The notes below the pieces were generated by a model. The model was not told where the DNA came from. It ran no database searches and saw only the letters and a program-made list of their open reading frames with translations. This document shows positions 60,905 through 62,083 of a DNA stretch of 62,083 bases, in pieces. The number at the start of each line of letters is the position of its first letter. Within the stretch, counting starts at the first letter, position 1. A program made the position numbers and the translations under genes. Source of the DNA: Promethearchaeota archaeon (lineage in GTDB: Archaea > Asgardarchaeota > Lokiarchaeia > Sigyniarchaeales > SOKP01); the NCBI GenBank assembly GCA_016839585.1, contig JAEOTZ010000074.1:1-62083 (forward strand), in the 5' to 3' direction.

Positions 60905-62083
60905 TCATTTTCCAAATAGACCTTTATTCTTCTTATAGAGACCAAGGAACTTCATTGCAGGGGGTGTTTCAAAGGCAATTTCAACATCAAGGACTGCTGG
61001 TTTTTTAGAATCAATCGCACGCTGTAGAGCAGGTTTAATATCTTCAGGTTTTGATATTTTTTCAGCATAACATCCAAAACCTTTCGCAATTTCGGCATAA
61101 TCAATAACCGGAAAATCCACATCACAATATCTTTTTTGGAGGTTATTTTTTTGATGACTCTTTATCATACCCCAAGCACAGTTATTTCCAATAACTATGA
61201 TTATGGGGAGATTTAATCTTACAGCTGTTTCTAATTCTTGTACAGTAAACAAAAAGCTACCATCTCCGGTTATACATACTACAAGCTTATCTGGTTTTGC
61301 CATTTGGACACCAATAGCATAAGGGATTCCTGTTCCTAAATGACCCATTGACACAGAACGGAAAAAACTTCTTGGAGGACGATTTTTATGGTTGATTTGA
61401 TCCATTGTGAATACGAATATATCACCACCATCAATTACTATCTGAGTATCAGGAGGGATATAATCTAAAACTTCAAATACAAATCTTTGAGGTTTCATAG
61501 GTAATTTTTCTGATTTTAGCATTTTCTGAATTTGTAAATCATCAATTTTTCTGATCTCTTGCAAATAGTCATTCCATTCAGACCATTCCGTAATTTTTTC
61601 TTTAGGAAGCCTTTCTTCCATCTCTTTCAATAGCTGTTGGATAACAACCTTAGCATCTCCTATGATACTTACTTCAACGGGTCTATTTTTACCTATTTCT
61701 TTAGAATCGATATCAACCTGAATAATTTTTTGATCTTGATTCCAAAATGGTGGAGCACCATAAAGTAATGGGTAACCCCATCTACAACCAAGAGATAAAA
61801 CAACATCTGCTTCAGAAGCAGCCCTTCTATAAGCGCTAGCGGTCAGTTTAGAACCAATAAAAGTTTTTTTATCTTTTCCAATTGTACCTACACCATTAAA
61901 AGATGTTGCTGTGGGTATCATATAAGTTTGAGATAGTTTATGTAAGTCATCATAACCTTCTGAAGCATTTACTCCGCCTCCTGCTATGATTATTGGCTTT
62001 TTTGCAGCCTTTAAAATATCAATTGCTTTTTTGATAACCTCTGGATTACCAGCAGGTCGATTAAAAGCTCGATATTTTTCTGG
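60905..62083 (-). CDS. Thiamine-pyrophosphate enzyme (acetolactate synthase / 2-hydroxyacyl-CoA lyase-like), 5'-truncated by window edge
   Basis: GDGSF...NN TPP-binding motif, IQVDID; frame open to the window end (KKPIIIAGGG). Confidence 0.92.
   Translation of the reverse strand, partial: PEKYRAFNRPAGNPEVIKKAIDILKAAKKPIIIAGGGVNASEGYDDLHKLSQTYMIPTATSFNGVGTIGKDKKTFIGSKLTASAYRRAASEADVVLSLGCRWGYPLLYGAPPFWNQDQKIIQVDIDSKEIGKNRPVEVSIIGDAKVVIQQLLKEMEERLPKEKITEWSEWNDYLQEIRKIDDLQIQKMLKSEKLPMKPQRFVFEVLDYIPPDTQIVIDGGDIFVFTMDQINHKNRPPRSFFRSVSMGHLGTGIPYAIGVQMAKPDKLVVCITGDGSFLFTVQELETAVRLNLPIIIVIGNNCAWGMIKSHQKNNLQKRYCDVDFPVIDYAEIAKGFGCYAEKISKPEDIKPALQRAIDSKKPAVLDVEIAFETPPAMKFLGLYKKNKGLFGK

Overview
AT-rich archaeal chromosome segment, most consistent with an Asgard (Lokiarchaeia-like) genome. 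This is inferred from rpl15e, MCM, topoisomerase VI, a tRNA with a BHB intron, Rab- and Rag-like GTPases, a longin protein and a Loki-CTERM-like sorting tail. The backbone carries replication and chromosome genes (MCM, GINS-like, top6A/B, smc, scpA, scpB, a degenerate Cdc6-like protein), housekeeping genes (pyrE, coaBC, valS, rpl15e, HDAC), a MoxR-vWA-SWIM operon and a glycyl radical enzyme. The main finding is that the smc-scpA-scpB operon is split by a ~13.3 kb island (about 35084-48434) with no recognisable integrase. The presumed original smc 3' end is stranded next to scpA (34958-35083). The intact smc ends in a synonymously recoded, GC3-rich tail of about 750 bp, directly facing a Zn-ribbon EDxHD/Vsr-like nuclease gene. 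This fits a homing or 'cleave-and-rescue' island, although that interpretation is inference. A smaller 3'-end duplication is nested inside the island. Other findings: a candidate C/D box sRNA guiding 23S Gm2251, tRNA-Ala(CGC) with a 32/33 intron, probable ATA/ATT start codons, matching HEH-type domains on ScpA and TopoVIB, an SMC without a canonical hinge, and a folliculin-like Arg-finger longin near a Rag-like GTPase.
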